The notes under the pieces were generated by a model, which had not been told where the DNA came from, made no database searches, and saw only the letters and a list, made by a program, of their open reading frames with translations. From the NCBI GenBank assembly GCA_023229825.1, contig JALNYN010000002.1, forward strand, positions 17,789-81,788: a stretch of DNA of 64,000 bases, given 5' to 3'. Positions 36,476 to 46,955 of the stretch are shown here, in pieces. Position 1 is the first letter of the stretch. Each line of letters starts with the position of its first letter. The DNA comes from Minisyncoccota bacterium. Lineage in GTDB: Bacteria > Patescibacteriota > Minisyncoccia > Phycocordibacterales > CAIJYI01. A program made the translations under genes and the position numbers.

Positions 36476-37948
36476 TTAATCGGTAATCTTTAATCGGCCA
36501 CCGCCCGTTGGCGGGGTCCCGCTCGCGAGCGGGATAATCCTTTTTAGCGCACTGATGAGATACTTATTTCCCCTGAATATCTTATCAAGGGTGAGAATAT
36601 CTTTGGGGAGAATATGGACCTGGCCTTTCTTCATCCCAAGTTCTTCGGGGTGATCGCCGGAAAGAGCGTTGAAGGCATCGTTCATGCTGTCGAGTATAAA
36701 GTTTTTCTGTCTGGGATCGAGAGTTTGGAATTTCTGAATATCCTCAAGCTTTGTTTCCAGGATCTTCCTGATAACGTCGCCTTCTTTTACGGTATAGGGT
36801 TCGCTAAGTTTTTGAAGCGATTCTTCCGGGGTTACGGGCTTATGATCCAAAGGTGATTCTTTTGTTTGCGTTTCTGGTCTTTCCGTTTGAGCGGCAGGTA
36901 TCTTATCTTGAACATCTGATGGTTTGGGTTCGTTTGGCGCGATAACTTCCTCGTTATTGTTCGTTCGCGGAGAAAGCCGTTGTTTTAACCATGCGAACGG
37001 AAAGCCGAGAAATACTTTTGGCGATCCATCAGGTGTTTTATCGGGGGTCTTTGATTCCGGTTTTTCATCCATGCTCGATATTTTAGCCGTCTCTTTCTGT
37101 ATTTCTTGAGTAACGCGGTCTATTTTTTCCTTCACTTCCTCTATTTTTTGCGCATCAATTTTCGCTGCCTGAATATCGGAGGGTTTTTCTTTTGTTTCGC
37201 CGTCAGCGCTCTCTTTTTCGGCGGCTTTTACCGCCTCCGTATTTGTCTCTATTTTTTCCACAACTTTATCATCACCGATCTTCTTGTCCAGTTCAGAAAG
37301 CTCCGCCTGTAACCGCTTGAGTTTATCGGACGGTGCACTATGCATTTTTTCATTAAGCTTTTTTTCTTCAAAGATCGCCACGCGCAGATACACCCGCTGT
37401 TTTCTCCAATCTTTCAAGAGTTCAGGGTCAGGGAGATCGATATTTGAGATCTTTTTATCATCAACTTTTGTTTGATCCGGTTCTTCGTTCGGAGTTTTGT
37501 CTCGAAGATCTTTCAGTTTTTGGATCAAATTCTGCGCCGTATCGTTCGGGTCAATATCATGATCCTTTACGATCTTTGTAAGCGTGTTGGACCTGAGGGG
37601 AGGGATCCTATCATTATCTATATCGGTAAGAAGATGGTGTGCTTCATCCGTGATACCCGTTTCTGCCGATTTTTCGGGTTCTTTCCGGTAAAACTTCTTG
37701 AGTTCGCCCAGTATTTGCTCGATCGCCGCTAAGACGGCTTCATCTGTGTCGAGAGCGACTGCTTCTTCAACGGATCTTGTCGTTTTCTCTATCTGCTCTT
37801 TTGCTGAAAAATTATCGAAAAGAATATTTTCGATCTCTCCCATTTTTTTATTGATCGCGGACTCAAACTCTTCCGGTGTTTTCATTCCGAGATCTTTTTC
37901 CGTCGCGGATGTTTTATTGTCGGTCACTGGTTGTTGTTGGGTATCCAT
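36476..37948 (-). CDS. Acidic coiled-coil hypothetical protein whose last ~19 codons are encoded by a GC-rich palindromic element
   Basis: 490 aa, E/K-rich. C-terminus ...IPLASGTPPTGGGRLKITD is translated from repeat 36496-36540 (ggccaccgcccgttggcggggtcccgctcgcgagcgggataatcc). Confidence 0.5.
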   Translation of the reverse strand: MDTQQQPVTDNKTSATEKDLGMKTPEEFESAINKKMGEIENILFDNFSAKEQIEKTTRSVEEAVALDTDEAVLAAIEQILGELKKFYRKEPEKSAETGITDEAHHLLTDIDNDRIPPLRSNTLTKIVKDHDIDPNDTAQNLIQKLKDLRDKTPNEEPDQTKVDDKKISNIDLPDPELLKDWRKQRVYLRVAIFEEKKLNEKMHSAPSDKLKRLQAELSELDKKIGDDKVVEKIETNTEAVKAAEKESADGETKEKPSDIQAAKIDAQKIEEVKEKIDRVTQEIQKETAKISSMDEKPESKTPDKTPDGSPKVFLGFPFAWLKQRLSPRTNNNEEVIAPNEPKPSDVQDKIPAAQTERPETQTKESPLDHKPVTPEESLQKLSEPYTVKEGDVIRKILETKLEDIQKFQTLDPRQKNFILDSMNDAFNALSGDHPEELGMKKGQVHILPKDILTLDKIFRGNKYLISALKRIIPLASGTPPTGGGRLKITD

Positions 37949-37984
37949 AGGATAATGAAAACTAATTATATTTTAGGATCTTTG

Positions 37985-38254
37985 TTAAAGACTTATTACT
38001 TTTACCGGACCATCTTCTCCATTATCGGCTTGTTCATTTTTACTATTCTCGGTCGAGTTCGCCGGCAGATCTTCGGTTTCAATTTCAGGGTTTTCGCTGA
38101 TAATCTCTATTCCATTTTCATGCAGAAGGTCTTTATGTAAAAAATCGATCTTTTCGTCTTTATTTTGCGGTTTTTTTTGCTCGGCAATAAGGTCGACCCC
38201 GAATTCGGAATAGGCGGGGTGTGATGATGGTTTTGTTATATCTTTGCTTGTCAT
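37985..38254 (-). CDS. Small acidic hypothetical protein
   Basis: 89 aa; same operon as the 36476 and 38263 genes. Confidence 0.35.
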   Translation of the reverse strand: MTSKDITKPSSHPAYSEFGVDLIAEQKKPQNKDEKIDFLHKDLLHENGIEIISENPEIETEDLPANSTENSKNEQADNGEDGPVKVISL

Positions 38255-38262
38255 GGTATGTT

Positions 38263-39570
38263 TTATGGCTGTTTGGTGTTTTCATTCACTCCCGCCCGGA
38301 TTATCGCGGGGTATATTCGTTTTATATAATCGAGAACCGACTCATAATCTTCCGGATCAGTGACGCTGCTGCTTCCAAGGGCGGTTTTTGCCTGCCATTT
38401 GAGCTTAATAATATAAGCCTGAAGGCGGTCTTTCCATAATTTATCGGGATCATTGATCGACACAACAGATAAAAGAAGCGTTTTTGCCGGCATTTTTTCC
38501 AGCGTCATCTTCGTCCTGTTTGAAGCATTTTCAAAGACTTCATGCATTTGTCCTTCAATGATCTTCGATTTCAGTATGTCGCCCATTTCATTTTCCTTCA
38601 GAGGTGCGACCGGATGAGGAAAAGGCGATCTTATCGGTTCATCGGGGATCGGATCGACAGGTACAGGCGTCTCCGTTTTTTTATTTTTTGACTCGTATCG
38701 AGGAAGGCGTATCCGTTCCGGCTTGATCAGGGTTGGATCTTGAACCGGAGGTTTTGGTATTTCTGCCGCAAGTACTTTTGGAGTATCGGGAATTGTTTGA
38801 GTCGAAATATCCGCATTGTTTTGATGGTCCGGTTTTTTGGGTACCGGAATGAACAGAGACGGGCTGATATCTTTCGGCTCTTCCGGGGGCGGTATCGAAA
38901 TATGTTCTGCCGGTTCAGACGGGATCTGACGGGGAAAGATCGGGGTTGTGGTCGGTTCCGGTTTTTTGGGCACCGGAAGCGTTTCGGTCTCCTCATGGGG
39001 CTTTTCAGGGATCGCGCTAATGGGGTGCTCCGGTATGGCGCTCTTCGTTTCTTGCTTTTGCTCACTAGATATTTCATCGTTGATCCGCGTTGGAAGGACG
39101 GCTTCCGCAGCACTTTCTTGTTTTTTGGGAATGGTGAGCTCGGTATCTTTTATTTCCAAAGGCGTTCTTCCGTCAGGGAATTCACCGAAGAATATCGCTC
39201 TGGTCCACATTTCGTTCTCTTGTTCTTCGTTGATCTTCGTTTTACTCTCATCGCTTTCAACTTTCAAGGCATAGCTGACAAAAGCGTTGGCATTTTCTTC
39301 GAAATGGGCTTTTACGTGATCGGGAAGAGTTTTTTTTCTGGGACGCGCTTCTCCCGGCACCTCCTGCATATCGCTGATAATGGAAACTTTACCATCCGAC
39401 AAATTTTTAATAAATTCATTGGGTTTAGGGGTCTCTGGCAATAAAGGGTGTTCATTGCCGGCGAGAAGATTATCTTCCCGCATATTATCGATCGAGATAA
39501 GGGGATTTGCCGCCGCAGGACGGATGACTTGGCTGTCGCTATTCGATGTTGATGTAAAAGGGTTTGTCAC
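38263..39570 (-). CDS. Pro/Glu-rich hypothetical protein
   Basis: 435 aa; extended PEKP/PKKP-type low-complexity region; conserved-looking C-terminal ~100 aa. Confidence 0.4.
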   Translation of the reverse strand: MTNPFTSTSNSDSQVIRPAAANPLISIDNMREDNLLAGNEHPLLPETPKPNEFIKNLSDGKVSIISDMQEVPGEARPRKKTLPDHVKAHFEENANAFVSYALKVESDESKTKINEEQENEMWTRAIFFGEFPDGRTPLEIKDTELTIPKKQESAAEAVLPTRINDEISSEQKQETKSAIPEHPISAIPEKPHEETETLPVPKKPEPTTTPIFPRQIPSEPAEHISIPPPEEPKDISPSLFIPVPKKPDHQNNADISTQTIPDTPKVLAAEIPKPPVQDPTLIKPERIRLPRYESKNKKTETPVPVDPIPDEPIRSPFPHPVAPLKENEMGDILKSKIIEGQMHEVFENASNRTKMTLEKMPAKTLLLSVVSINDPDKLWKDRLQAYIIKLKWQAKTALGSSSVTDPEDYESVLDYIKRIYPAIIRAGVNENTKQP

Positions 39571-39951
39571 AGAGTTTAAAAGTTATGTTGGACGCCTCAT
39601 TTTCGGATGAGAGTTCCCTACATTATATATTTTACGCCTATGTTCCCGGGAACACAATTCATTTTATGTGTAAAACGTGCTCATCTTCAAATAAATGCTC
39701 ATCTAAAAAGTCAAGAAAGTTTTCCACAGAATGAATATCATTTGTTGACTCGACTCCCCGTGTTTTTTATACTGGTTTTATGGTGGTAATGGCAGAATTG
39801 CGGGTACTATGCGCTATTCGCAAATGGTTGTTTTGACTAATAAAATAGGCTTATTTTCCTAAAAAAAATTAATTCTGATCCTGTATTTACTGACACGGTA
39901 AACGGATTACATCATCGGAACAATAGCAACAGCAAAAAGTCCTTTTTCGGT

Positions 39952-40968
39952 ATGGGACTGTTTTTTGCCGTCTCCTTCGTTTGTATCTTCACCCTATTGG
40001 CGCCAGCTCATTATACGAGAGCTTGCTGGCTTTTTTGCGGGGAGACCGTGATAGCGGAAACAGGGGGAGCAGGACGAGAGATAAATTCCCAGAACATGCT
40101 TCTTGCAGAGGCAACGCGCAACCCGAATTTAAACCAGGAAAATGACGAGATCGGATCGATCGCCGCAATGGAAGGCTCCGCCCTGTCCGCCGTGCGTTCC
40201 GTTTCTTCCGCCAATAGCGATAAACCGATCAATTCGGGGGATCAGATCAGCGTTTATGTCGTCAAAGAAGGCGATACCCTTTCTCAGATCGCCAAAATGT
40301 TCGGTGTGAGCGAAAACACCATTCGTTTCGCGAATGATATATCCAGAGGCGGATCGATCAGACCCGGACAACAACTTGTCATCTTGCCGGTATCCGGAAT
40401 TCAATATACGATCAAAAAAGGCGACACTATTAGTAAGATCGCGAAGAATTATTCTGCTGATGCTCAAGAAATTCGAGATTTTAATGGGATAGATGACGCT
40501 TCTCTTGCGATCGGCGATACTATTATCATACCGAACGGTGTTGAGGCGCCAAAACCGGCCTCGGTGGTTACTTCGGTGAAAAAATTCATCAGCAATATCA
40601 TTTCTTCCGATTCCGGCGTGCAGACGAGCGGCTACTTCGTTCGTCCGGCAAAAGGCGGAAAAACACAAGGAATTCACGGACACAACGGAGTCGATTTCAG
40701 TGGAAGAGGCGGGCTATCCGTCGTCGCGGCCGCATCCGGAAAAGTGCTCATCAGCCTCAGTTCGGGATATAATGGAGGCTATGGTAAGTACGTCGTGATC
40801 GCGCACCCCAATGGAACGCAAACACTCTACGCGCATCTTTCGGCCAATTTCGTTTCCGCCGGAGAATCAGTAACCCAAGGACAGCTGATCGGAAATATCG
40901 GCAATACCGGATTATCGACCGGTCCCCATCTTCATTTTGAAGTTCGCGGAGCAAAAAATCCATTTTAA
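39952..40968 (+). CDS. LysM-domain M23-family metallo-endopeptidase
   Basis: Two LysM motifs (YVVKEGDTLSQIAKMFGVSENTI; YTIKKGDTISKIAKNYSADAQEI) and an M23 core HGHNGVDF...GYGKYVVIAHPNGTQTLYAHLS...GNTGLSTGPHLHFEVR. Confidence 0.9.
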   Translation: MGLFFAVSFVCIFTLLAPAHYTRACWLFCGETVIAETGGAGREINSQNMLLAEATRNPNLNQENDEIGSIAAMEGSALSAVRSVSSANSDKPINSGDQISVYVVKEGDTLSQIAKMFGVSENTIRFANDISRGGSIRPGQQLVILPVSGIQYTIKKGDTISKIAKNYSADAQEIRDFNGIDDASLAIGDTIIIPNGVEAPKPASVVTSVKKFISNIISSDSGVQTSGYFVRPAKGGKTQGIHGHNGVDFSGRGGLSVVAAASGKVLISLSSGYNGGYGKYVVIAHPNGTQTLYAHLSANFVSAGESVTQGQLIGNIGNTGLSTGPHLHFEVRGAKNPF

Positions 40969-41035
40969 AAAATGAAAGTTTATAAAAAAAGGCAAAACGA
41001 TTATCGTTTTGCCTTTTTATGTTTATGCCCATATT

Positions 41036-41362
41036 TTAAAGCAAACCTTCTTTGTCTGCCAGCTTTTTGCGTTCCTTCATGTTTATTTTATTCTGGCGGT
41101 GAGAAAGCACCATAAAGATCATACTGCATGGCACGACGGGTAAAAGTTCAAGCGTGCCATTGATCGCCGACATCGAGGTTGTTTTTCTCATGTCATACCC
41201 CACCAGCCAAAACGACAGTTTCATAAGCGAAATATAAATAGTCCCCAGAATAGGAACAAGAATTCCTATCAAGTCGACAACAAATGCCACCATCATTCCT
41301 CCGGCAAAAGCCATTCCTGACATTTCTTTTGTGCCTTCGTTCATGTGATCATTATATACCAA
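41036..41362 (-). CDS. Small hypothetical membrane protein
   Basis: 108 aa, 3 hydrophobic helices. Confidence 0.4.
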   Translation of the reverse strand: MVYNDHMNEGTKEMSGMAFAGGMMVAFVVDLIGILVPILGTIYISLMKLSFWLVGYDMRKTTSMSAINGTLELLPVVPCSMIFMVLSHRQNKINMKERKKLADKEGLL

Positions 41363-41476
41363 AAGAAAGATGTCATGCTCTTTTAACTGGGGATATGTGC
41401 CTTCAATACATTGATAATAAGGTGAAAGTCTGTTATTATCGTTTCGGAGTGAAGGTGACTTTGAACGGGGGATGAT

Positions 41477-41860
41477 ATGGATGAATTATTGAAAGGCTTG
41501 GAAAAGATGTCTTCTTGGTGTGAATATGAGATCGGTATGGGAATTTTACTTGGTGTTGAACGAAGATCTTTGACCAAAAATGTTCTTTTTAGCGCGCAAA
41601 GAGCTTACCTTTTCGATGAAGACCAGAATAAGATAGGAGAGGTCGGTTATTGTGAAAATGAAAAACCGTTCGATCTGTTTCACTTCTCTACGTGGAGACG
41701 TTCTTGGGTGATAGACGATGAAACGCTCATAGACGCGATACAACGCCTCGAAAAAGAGAATAGGAAGATCAAATATGTCGTGAGATTCCACTGCGAAGGC
41801 ATCAACGCCCTCGAGCTTAGTGCGATCGGATTCTTTAGCGCTTGGGTCTACGAAATTTAA
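41477..41860 (+). CDS. Hypothetical protein
   Basis: 127 aa; followed by terminator 41877-41905 (ctccaaca-aa-tgttggag + T7). Confidence 0.4.
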   Translation: MDELLKGLEKMSSWCEYEIGMGILLGVERRSLTKNVLFSAQRAYLFDEDQNKIGEVGYCENEKPFDLFHFSTWRRSWVIDDETLIDAIQRLEKENRKIKYVVRFHCEGINALELSAIGFFSAWVYEI

Positions 41861-41969
41861 ACTTTTGTATAAATTCGGCTCCAACAAATGTTGGAGTCTT
41901 TTTTTGTGTTGACAGAAGAAAGATAAAGTGTAACGTGGAACATAGAGATAAGCAAAAAGGAGGTATAAA

Positions 41970-42869
41970 ATGCCTAAAATAGCGAATGATCGCAAAAAAA
42001 TATATATCTTGGGCGCATCCGGATATCTGGGAAGTTTATGCGCGGATCACATGAGATCGCATGGACATATCGTATTCACGGAGCGCGTTGAAATAACAAA
42101 TTTTTCAGCTTTAATAAGAGCTTTCAAGATATTTAACCCGACCGTTGTGATCAGTTGCGCGGGAGCAAAAGCCCATCCTACCGTTGATTGGTGCGAGGAT
42201 CACAAGGAAGAAACCGTACGGATCAATGTGGCCGGTCAAATACTCGCCGCGACCGCCGCGATAGAATGCGGGGCGTATCCGATACAGATCAGTTCCGGTT
42301 GCATATATCAAGGTACTCCGGGATATATTCACGCGGAAGACGACAAACCGGATTTCGACGGGAGTTATTATTCCCGAATGAGGATAGTCATGCAGGAAGC
42401 GCTCAAAGAATTGCCGGTTATGCAGGCGCGAATACGGATGCCATTATCATCTGTACCGCACGAACGCAATTTCTTGAATAAAATAATCGGCTATAAAAAG
42501 ATCGTTTCCGTTCCGAATTCGATTACCTATTTGGATGACTTGTGGCCGGCGCTTGAAATTCTCATGCAAAAAAAACCGACGGGAATATTTAATCTTACGA
42601 ACAACGGATATGTTACAAACGTACAGGTATTGGAAGCATATAAAGCGGTCGTTGATCCGCATCATACTTTTGAAGTCATTCCTTTGTCTGAATTTCAAGG
42701 GATGTATGTCAGTATCGTAAAAGCTAAAAGAAGCAATTGTGTTCTTTCCAACGCCAAATTGGCAAAACTCGGCATAGAAATGCCGGAATTGAACGATAAA
42801 CGTCTTAAGGAGATCATGCAAAAATATAAAATGGAGCTTGAGCGCAGGTCGTATTGGAAAAATAGATAA
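41970..42869 (+). CDS. NAD(P)-dependent sugar epimerase/reductase (RmlD/dTDP-4-dehydrorhamnose reductase-like SDR)
   Basis: Rossmann motif KIYILGASGYLGS; ~300 aa extended-SDR size; terminator 42883-42907. Confidence 0.6.
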   Translation: MPKIANDRKKIYILGASGYLGSLCADHMRSHGHIVFTERVEITNFSALIRAFKIFNPTVVISCAGAKAHPTVDWCEDHKEETVRINVAGQILAATAAIECGAYPIQISSGCIYQGTPGYIHAEDDKPDFDGSYYSRMRIVMQEALKELPVMQARIRMPLSSVPHERNFLNKIIGYKKIVSVPNSITYLDDLWPALEILMQKKPTGIFNLTNNGYVTNVQVLEAYKAVVDPHHTFEVIPLSEFQGMYVSIVKAKRSNCVLSNAKLAKLGIEMPELNDKRLKEIMQKYKMELERRSYWKNR

Positions 42870-42913
42870 TATAAAACAAAACAGGCGAACAATTCGCCTG
42901 TTTTTTCTTGTTT

Positions 42914-42948
42914 ACGTCATTCCGGCCCGCGAGCCGGAATCCACGTCG
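42914..42948. repeat. Family-C-related hairpin element (acgtcattccggcccgcgagccggaatccacgtcg) between convergent genes
   Basis: Same cgtcattccgg...ccggaatccacg frame as 58128-58161 and the second hairpin of 23167-23248. Confidence 0.75.
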
Positions 42949-43029
42949 CGAATCTAAGTCGATCGACAAAGGCGAAGGTATAAAACAAAACACCATTAAT
43001 TATGGTGTTTTGAGGATAAAAATTTCCTT

Positions 43030-44364
43030 TTATGCGACAGCAACAGCTTCGGCCTCCTTCGGTTCCTCGGGAATTTCCACGGCGATAAGCTGATCGCGTT
43101 TTTTCTTTTCACTTATTTCATGCGCTACAAATGAGAAAAGAGAATTCGGATCTTCCATCTGCTGTTTTGCGCTTTCCCAGTCAAAATTGCCTCGGACATA
43201 GCGTCTGGTATCTCGCTGTTCTCCTTGAGACAGGTCATTTTCCATTCCGATCTCCTCTCCGTAGTAGATGATCGGCGTCCCTTCGATAGAGAGAAGCATT
43301 TTAAACGCGTTCTCGATCGGTTTTCTTTCTCCGTTGAAGATCGTCGCCATGCGGGCTGCCAAGCATAATTCATCGCGGAATTTGAATTGCGCAAGGCGGC
43401 CGTCGCTTCCAAGAAGTTCCCCTCTCTCTTCGTCGGTAAGCTGGATCACAAGATCGTCATGATTTCTGAGAAAGATCGCCCAGTGGCAAGTATCAGGAAT
43501 GGGTAATTTGGTTGAAATATCCTCAACCGTCGTTTCGTTTCGTTTTGCGGCAAGGATCATCCTTGGCGCCATCGGAAATTTATAGGCGAGCTGGCATTCG
43601 TCTCCGTTGCCGAAATAATTCATGGTGGTATCGAGCGTATCGCAAACCACCTCGGCGAGAAGCGCAACCTCCGGATTTTTTTCGTTTAAATGAGCTCTCA
43701 ATTTCTTTAAAACTTCATGCGTCTCCGGAAGACTTTCGCATTTTGTTCCTTCTTTTTTGATCAAGAAAGAGATCGCATCCAAACGGAATGCGTCGACCCC
43801 GATGTCGATCCAGAAATCCATAACAGAATACATATCATCCACGACTTTCTGGTTATTCCAGTTCAGATCGGGCTGTTCCGCATAAAAGGTCGCATAATAG
43901 TAATCCTGGGTCGCTTCATTCCAGATCCAATTTTTTGGTTTTAAATGAGGAAAAGCGTTATTCCCGAGCTCGTACCCCTCCCCCTTTTCCGACCAAAGGA
44001 AATAATCCCGATAGGGGCTCTCTTTTGAGGAACTTGCGTCGACAAACCACGGATGCATGGAGGAAACATGATTCAAGATCATATCTGCCAAAACACGAAT
44101 ACCCCTTTTATGCGCTTCCTCAATGAACTTTTTAAAATCGTCGAGCGTTCCCAGCTCCGGTTTAACATTCTTATAATCGGAAATATCATATCCATCGTCC
44201 ACCATCGGAGAAGGATAATGCGGAAGCAGGTGCAGACACGTTACCCCGAGCTTCTCAAAATAGTCGAGCCGATCCGCGAGATTGCTAAAATTGCCCGCAA
44301 ATTTGTCGACATACAACTCATAAAAAACGGCATTTTGCCACCATTTGTTTTTATTTTTATTCAT
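43030..44364 (-). CDS. GH13 alpha-amylase-family glycoside hydrolase (trehalose synthase/alpha-glucosidase/amylosucrase-like)
   Basis: LGVTCLHLLPHYPSP...DDGYDISDYKNVKPELGT, GIRVLADMILNHVS, GVDAFRLDAISFL are GH13 regions I and II. Confidence 0.8.
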   Translation of the reverse strand: MNKNKNKWWQNAVFYELYVDKFAGNFSNLADRLDYFEKLGVTCLHLLPHYPSPMVDDGYDISDYKNVKPELGTLDDFKKFIEEAHKRGIRVLADMILNHVSSMHPWFVDASSSKESPYRDYFLWSEKGEGYELGNNAFPHLKPKNWIWNEATQDYYYATFYAEQPDLNWNNQKVVDDMYSVMDFWIDIGVDAFRLDAISFLIKKEGTKCESLPETHEVLKKLRAHLNEKNPEVALLAEVVCDTLDTTMNYFGNGDECQLAYKFPMAPRMILAAKRNETTVEDISTKLPIPDTCHWAIFLRNHDDLVIQLTDEERGELLGSDGRLAQFKFRDELCLAARMATIFNGERKPIENAFKMLLSIEGTPIIYYGEEIGMENDLSQGEQRDTRRYVRGNFDWESAKQQMEDPNSLFSFVAHEISEKKKRDQLIAVEIPEEPKEAEAVAVA

Positions 44365-44448
44365 ATCCCGCAGTATAACAAATTCTTATAATTTTGCACA
44401 CGAACCGCGGCGTGAATATCGTCCACGGAGATCTTTGAGGTATGTACT

Positions 44449-45783
44449 TCACACGCGATTGAAAAGCTTCTTAATTTCAGAAATGTTTGGAAGGTAAACT
44501 TTTTTCTTTCCTTTTTTAAACTCGATCAGTAATCCTCTTTCTTCCAACAACATCAGGTCCTTTCTCGCTGTTTCATAAGAAGTGGCATTTTTTATTTGAT
44601 AGGTTTTTACTTCAAGGGGGTATTCCGGATGACCTTCTGCATATTCAAGAACCGCCGCCTGTCTTTCATTAATGTCTTTGTATATTGCAGTAATTCGTTT
44701 ATTCATTTCCATTTCATGTGTTTTTTTCTTATAGTGCTCTTTGAGGTTTTCAATGGCTTTTTGAATAGTCGCCGTCGAGTGATAGAGGAAGTACGTTAAA
44801 TCACCGCCATCATATTCCGAGAAAAGAAAAGCGTTGTCATACGACACCCTTGAATTCTTAATCACGGACGAGATAGAAAGATACTCAAACAGCCAATAGC
44901 CGCGTTTTCTGAGGTACCAATAAAAAAGAGCGCGTGCAGTTCTTCCGTTTCCATCCGGAAAAGGGTGCAAATATGCCAACCAAAAATGTATGATAGTTGC
45001 TTTGATAACAGGGTGCACAAAAGATTCACCCTCGCCGTCTTCTTTGTTGGCGTATTTAACAAGATTTTTTATACCTTCTATCATTTCATCAGCTGATGGC
45101 GGGGTGAAAATAATTTCCCCCGTAAGTTTATCTAAAACAACTATCGGATCATTTTCCTCGCGAAATTTACCGCAATCATCAGTATTATCGAGAGTGTCTC
45201 GAGTGATTACTTCTTGAATTTCCAACAACATTTTTTCTGAAAGATCAAGATCTTTCAGTGTGTCAATTCGTTTCATCAAATGATAGTTATTCATTATCAT
45301 TTGCTCGCTTGTTGTCCTTGGTTTTCGCCCCGAATAGATCATTTCCTTTGCAATACGCCGCGTAGTGCTGGCACCTTCAAGTTGGCTTGACGCGATAGCT
45401 TCTTCAGATAGTCCGCTCACAATAAGTTGTTCTTTCTGAAGCCCGGCAGGCTTATCTGTTAGGGTTTGTATAAAACCCGCCGTATGTGTATCAATATGAC
45501 TCAGTCTTTCATAGAGAGTTTTTGTCATTGTGTACTCAAAAATTTCTCTTTTTGTCGAGACGATAGGGGTTTTTTCTCTTTGGTTTCGATAAAATATTTT
45601 TAAAGCAGCCCATGCTTCTTCAATACTTAGATCAAGAGGGGGCTTGTGGTACTTAAAATCCTCCCAATATAAATATTTTTCTTGAATCGTATTAGCAAAT
45701 TCACGAAACTCATCGGAGCTTATAACTTTTTGGATAAGGCTTGAACTTATGTAATCTTGCCAAGCTGGCGGTTGTTTAATCAT
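44449..45783 (-). CDS. Fic/DOC-family protein (AMPylase-type) with C-terminal winged-helix
   Basis: Canonical Fic motif HPFPDGNGRTARAL; 444 aa. Confidence 0.85.
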   Translation of the reverse strand: MIKQPPAWQDYISSSLIQKVISSDEFREFANTIQEKYLYWEDFKYHKPPLDLSIEEAWAALKIFYRNQREKTPIVSTKREIFEYTMTKTLYERLSHIDTHTAGFIQTLTDKPAGLQKEQLIVSGLSEEAIASSQLEGASTTRRIAKEMIYSGRKPRTTSEQMIMNNYHLMKRIDTLKDLDLSEKMLLEIQEVITRDTLDNTDDCGKFREENDPIVVLDKLTGEIIFTPPSADEMIEGIKNLVKYANKEDGEGESFVHPVIKATIIHFWLAYLHPFPDGNGRTARALFYWYLRKRGYWLFEYLSISSVIKNSRVSYDNAFLFSEYDGGDLTYFLYHSTATIQKAIENLKEHYKKKTHEMEMNKRITAIYKDINERQAAVLEYAEGHPEYPLEVKTYQIKNATSYETARKDLMLLEERGLLIEFKKGKKKVYLPNISEIKKLFNRV

Positions 45784-46013
45784 AGTATTTTTATGTATTA
45801 CTAGTTTATTACTAATTTATACTAAATTAGTAATAAAGTCAATACATAAGTAATAAAGCCATATTTTTGACTGTTTATTTCTCAATTACTACTTTAGTAA
45901 ATTATAGTAATATATGGTACTTGTGATTTTTTATCGCCAATTTCGACCAACTCCGTTAGTGTAGGTATTGCGATACAAAAAAAGAGGAAGTAATCGACGA
46001 ACTTACTCAACAA

Positions 46014-46591
46014 TTATGGTTTTATATATTGTCTACGAATGAGTAAAAATACCGCGAAACTGCCGTTTACCAATGCTAAAACTAAAGGAAAAAGCCAAGT
46101 GGTTAAGCTGTAAGACTGAAGAGCGACTATGCCGAGAAAAAACTTTACGGAATTCAATATCCACATGCTCACCGTTTCTTCGTGAGGTTTATGATAACCT
46201 TTGCGAAAAGTCGGGATAAACGCAACTATATCCACCAAGGAAATAATTATGACTGGCAGAAGCAAAGAATCGGTTGTTTTCCAGATCAGTATTCCAAAAA
46301 GCGCGCCGAGAAAACAAAACCGATCAAGCGGCCGTATATCTTGCTCTTTTTGAAATCCCGCCAAAAACGTTATTATCGCACAGTTCAACGCCGTGCTCCC
46401 GTTACCCAAGCACCAACACTGCCCCCGTCTTTTATCTGCGCGTAAAAACCAAAGCTTATAATGATCGTGATAATAAGCCAAGTAAAAACATGCGGTTTTG
46501 TTTTCCCGCGAAAAATGTCCCGATAGTAAGGAATGTACCCAATAATACCAAAAAACAGTGCAAAGTATCCGATAAGTAATTTATATTCCAT
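46014..46591 (-). pseudogene. Polytopic membrane protein gene apparently split by a frameshift (ORFs 46385..46591 and 46014..46481 overlap in different frames)
   Basis: Upstream piece MEYKLLIGYFALFFGIIGYIPYYRDIFRGKTKPHVFTWLIITIIISFGFYAQIKDG... continues as membrane helices in the second ORF. Could equally be a sequencing error. Confidence 0.4.
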
Positions 46592-46622
46592 GTTTACGCT
46601 ATTGTGAAGTTCGAAATATTCA

Positions 46623-46955
46623 TTATTGTTGCTTCATAGCTTGTTTTACGATCGTCGCAACATGATCTTGTCGTGCTTCCGCTAAAACGGGTAACGCCGC
46701 AAGTACGGATGCGTTTTGGGTGGGAAGCAATATCACATTTCCGTTGTTAAAATCCGTCAGTTGCGTTAGAAATTCGTCTAACCATGACGGGGTAACGGTA
46801 AGGACATCACTAAAATCAATTTGAACCGTCTCGTTTGGATCAAGTTGAGGTCGAATAGCATTAAAAGCTTCCAGTCCTGCCGGACGAGAAACCAGAACGT
46901 TGCCAAATTTGTTGAGATGAATTGTTTGCATATATTTTAAAATATTATTACGCAA
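46623..46955 (-). CDS. STAS-like (DUF4325-type) small protein, likely partner of the upstream GHKL ATPase
   Basis: 110 aa; overlaps the upstream gene by 19 nt (translational coupling); family name from memory. Confidence 0.4.
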   Translation of the reverse strand: MRNNILKYMQTIHLNKFGNVLVSRPAGLEAFNAIRPQLDPNETVQIDFSDVLTVTPSWLDEFLTQLTDFNNGNVILLPTQNASVLAALPVLAEARQDHVATIVKQAMKQQ

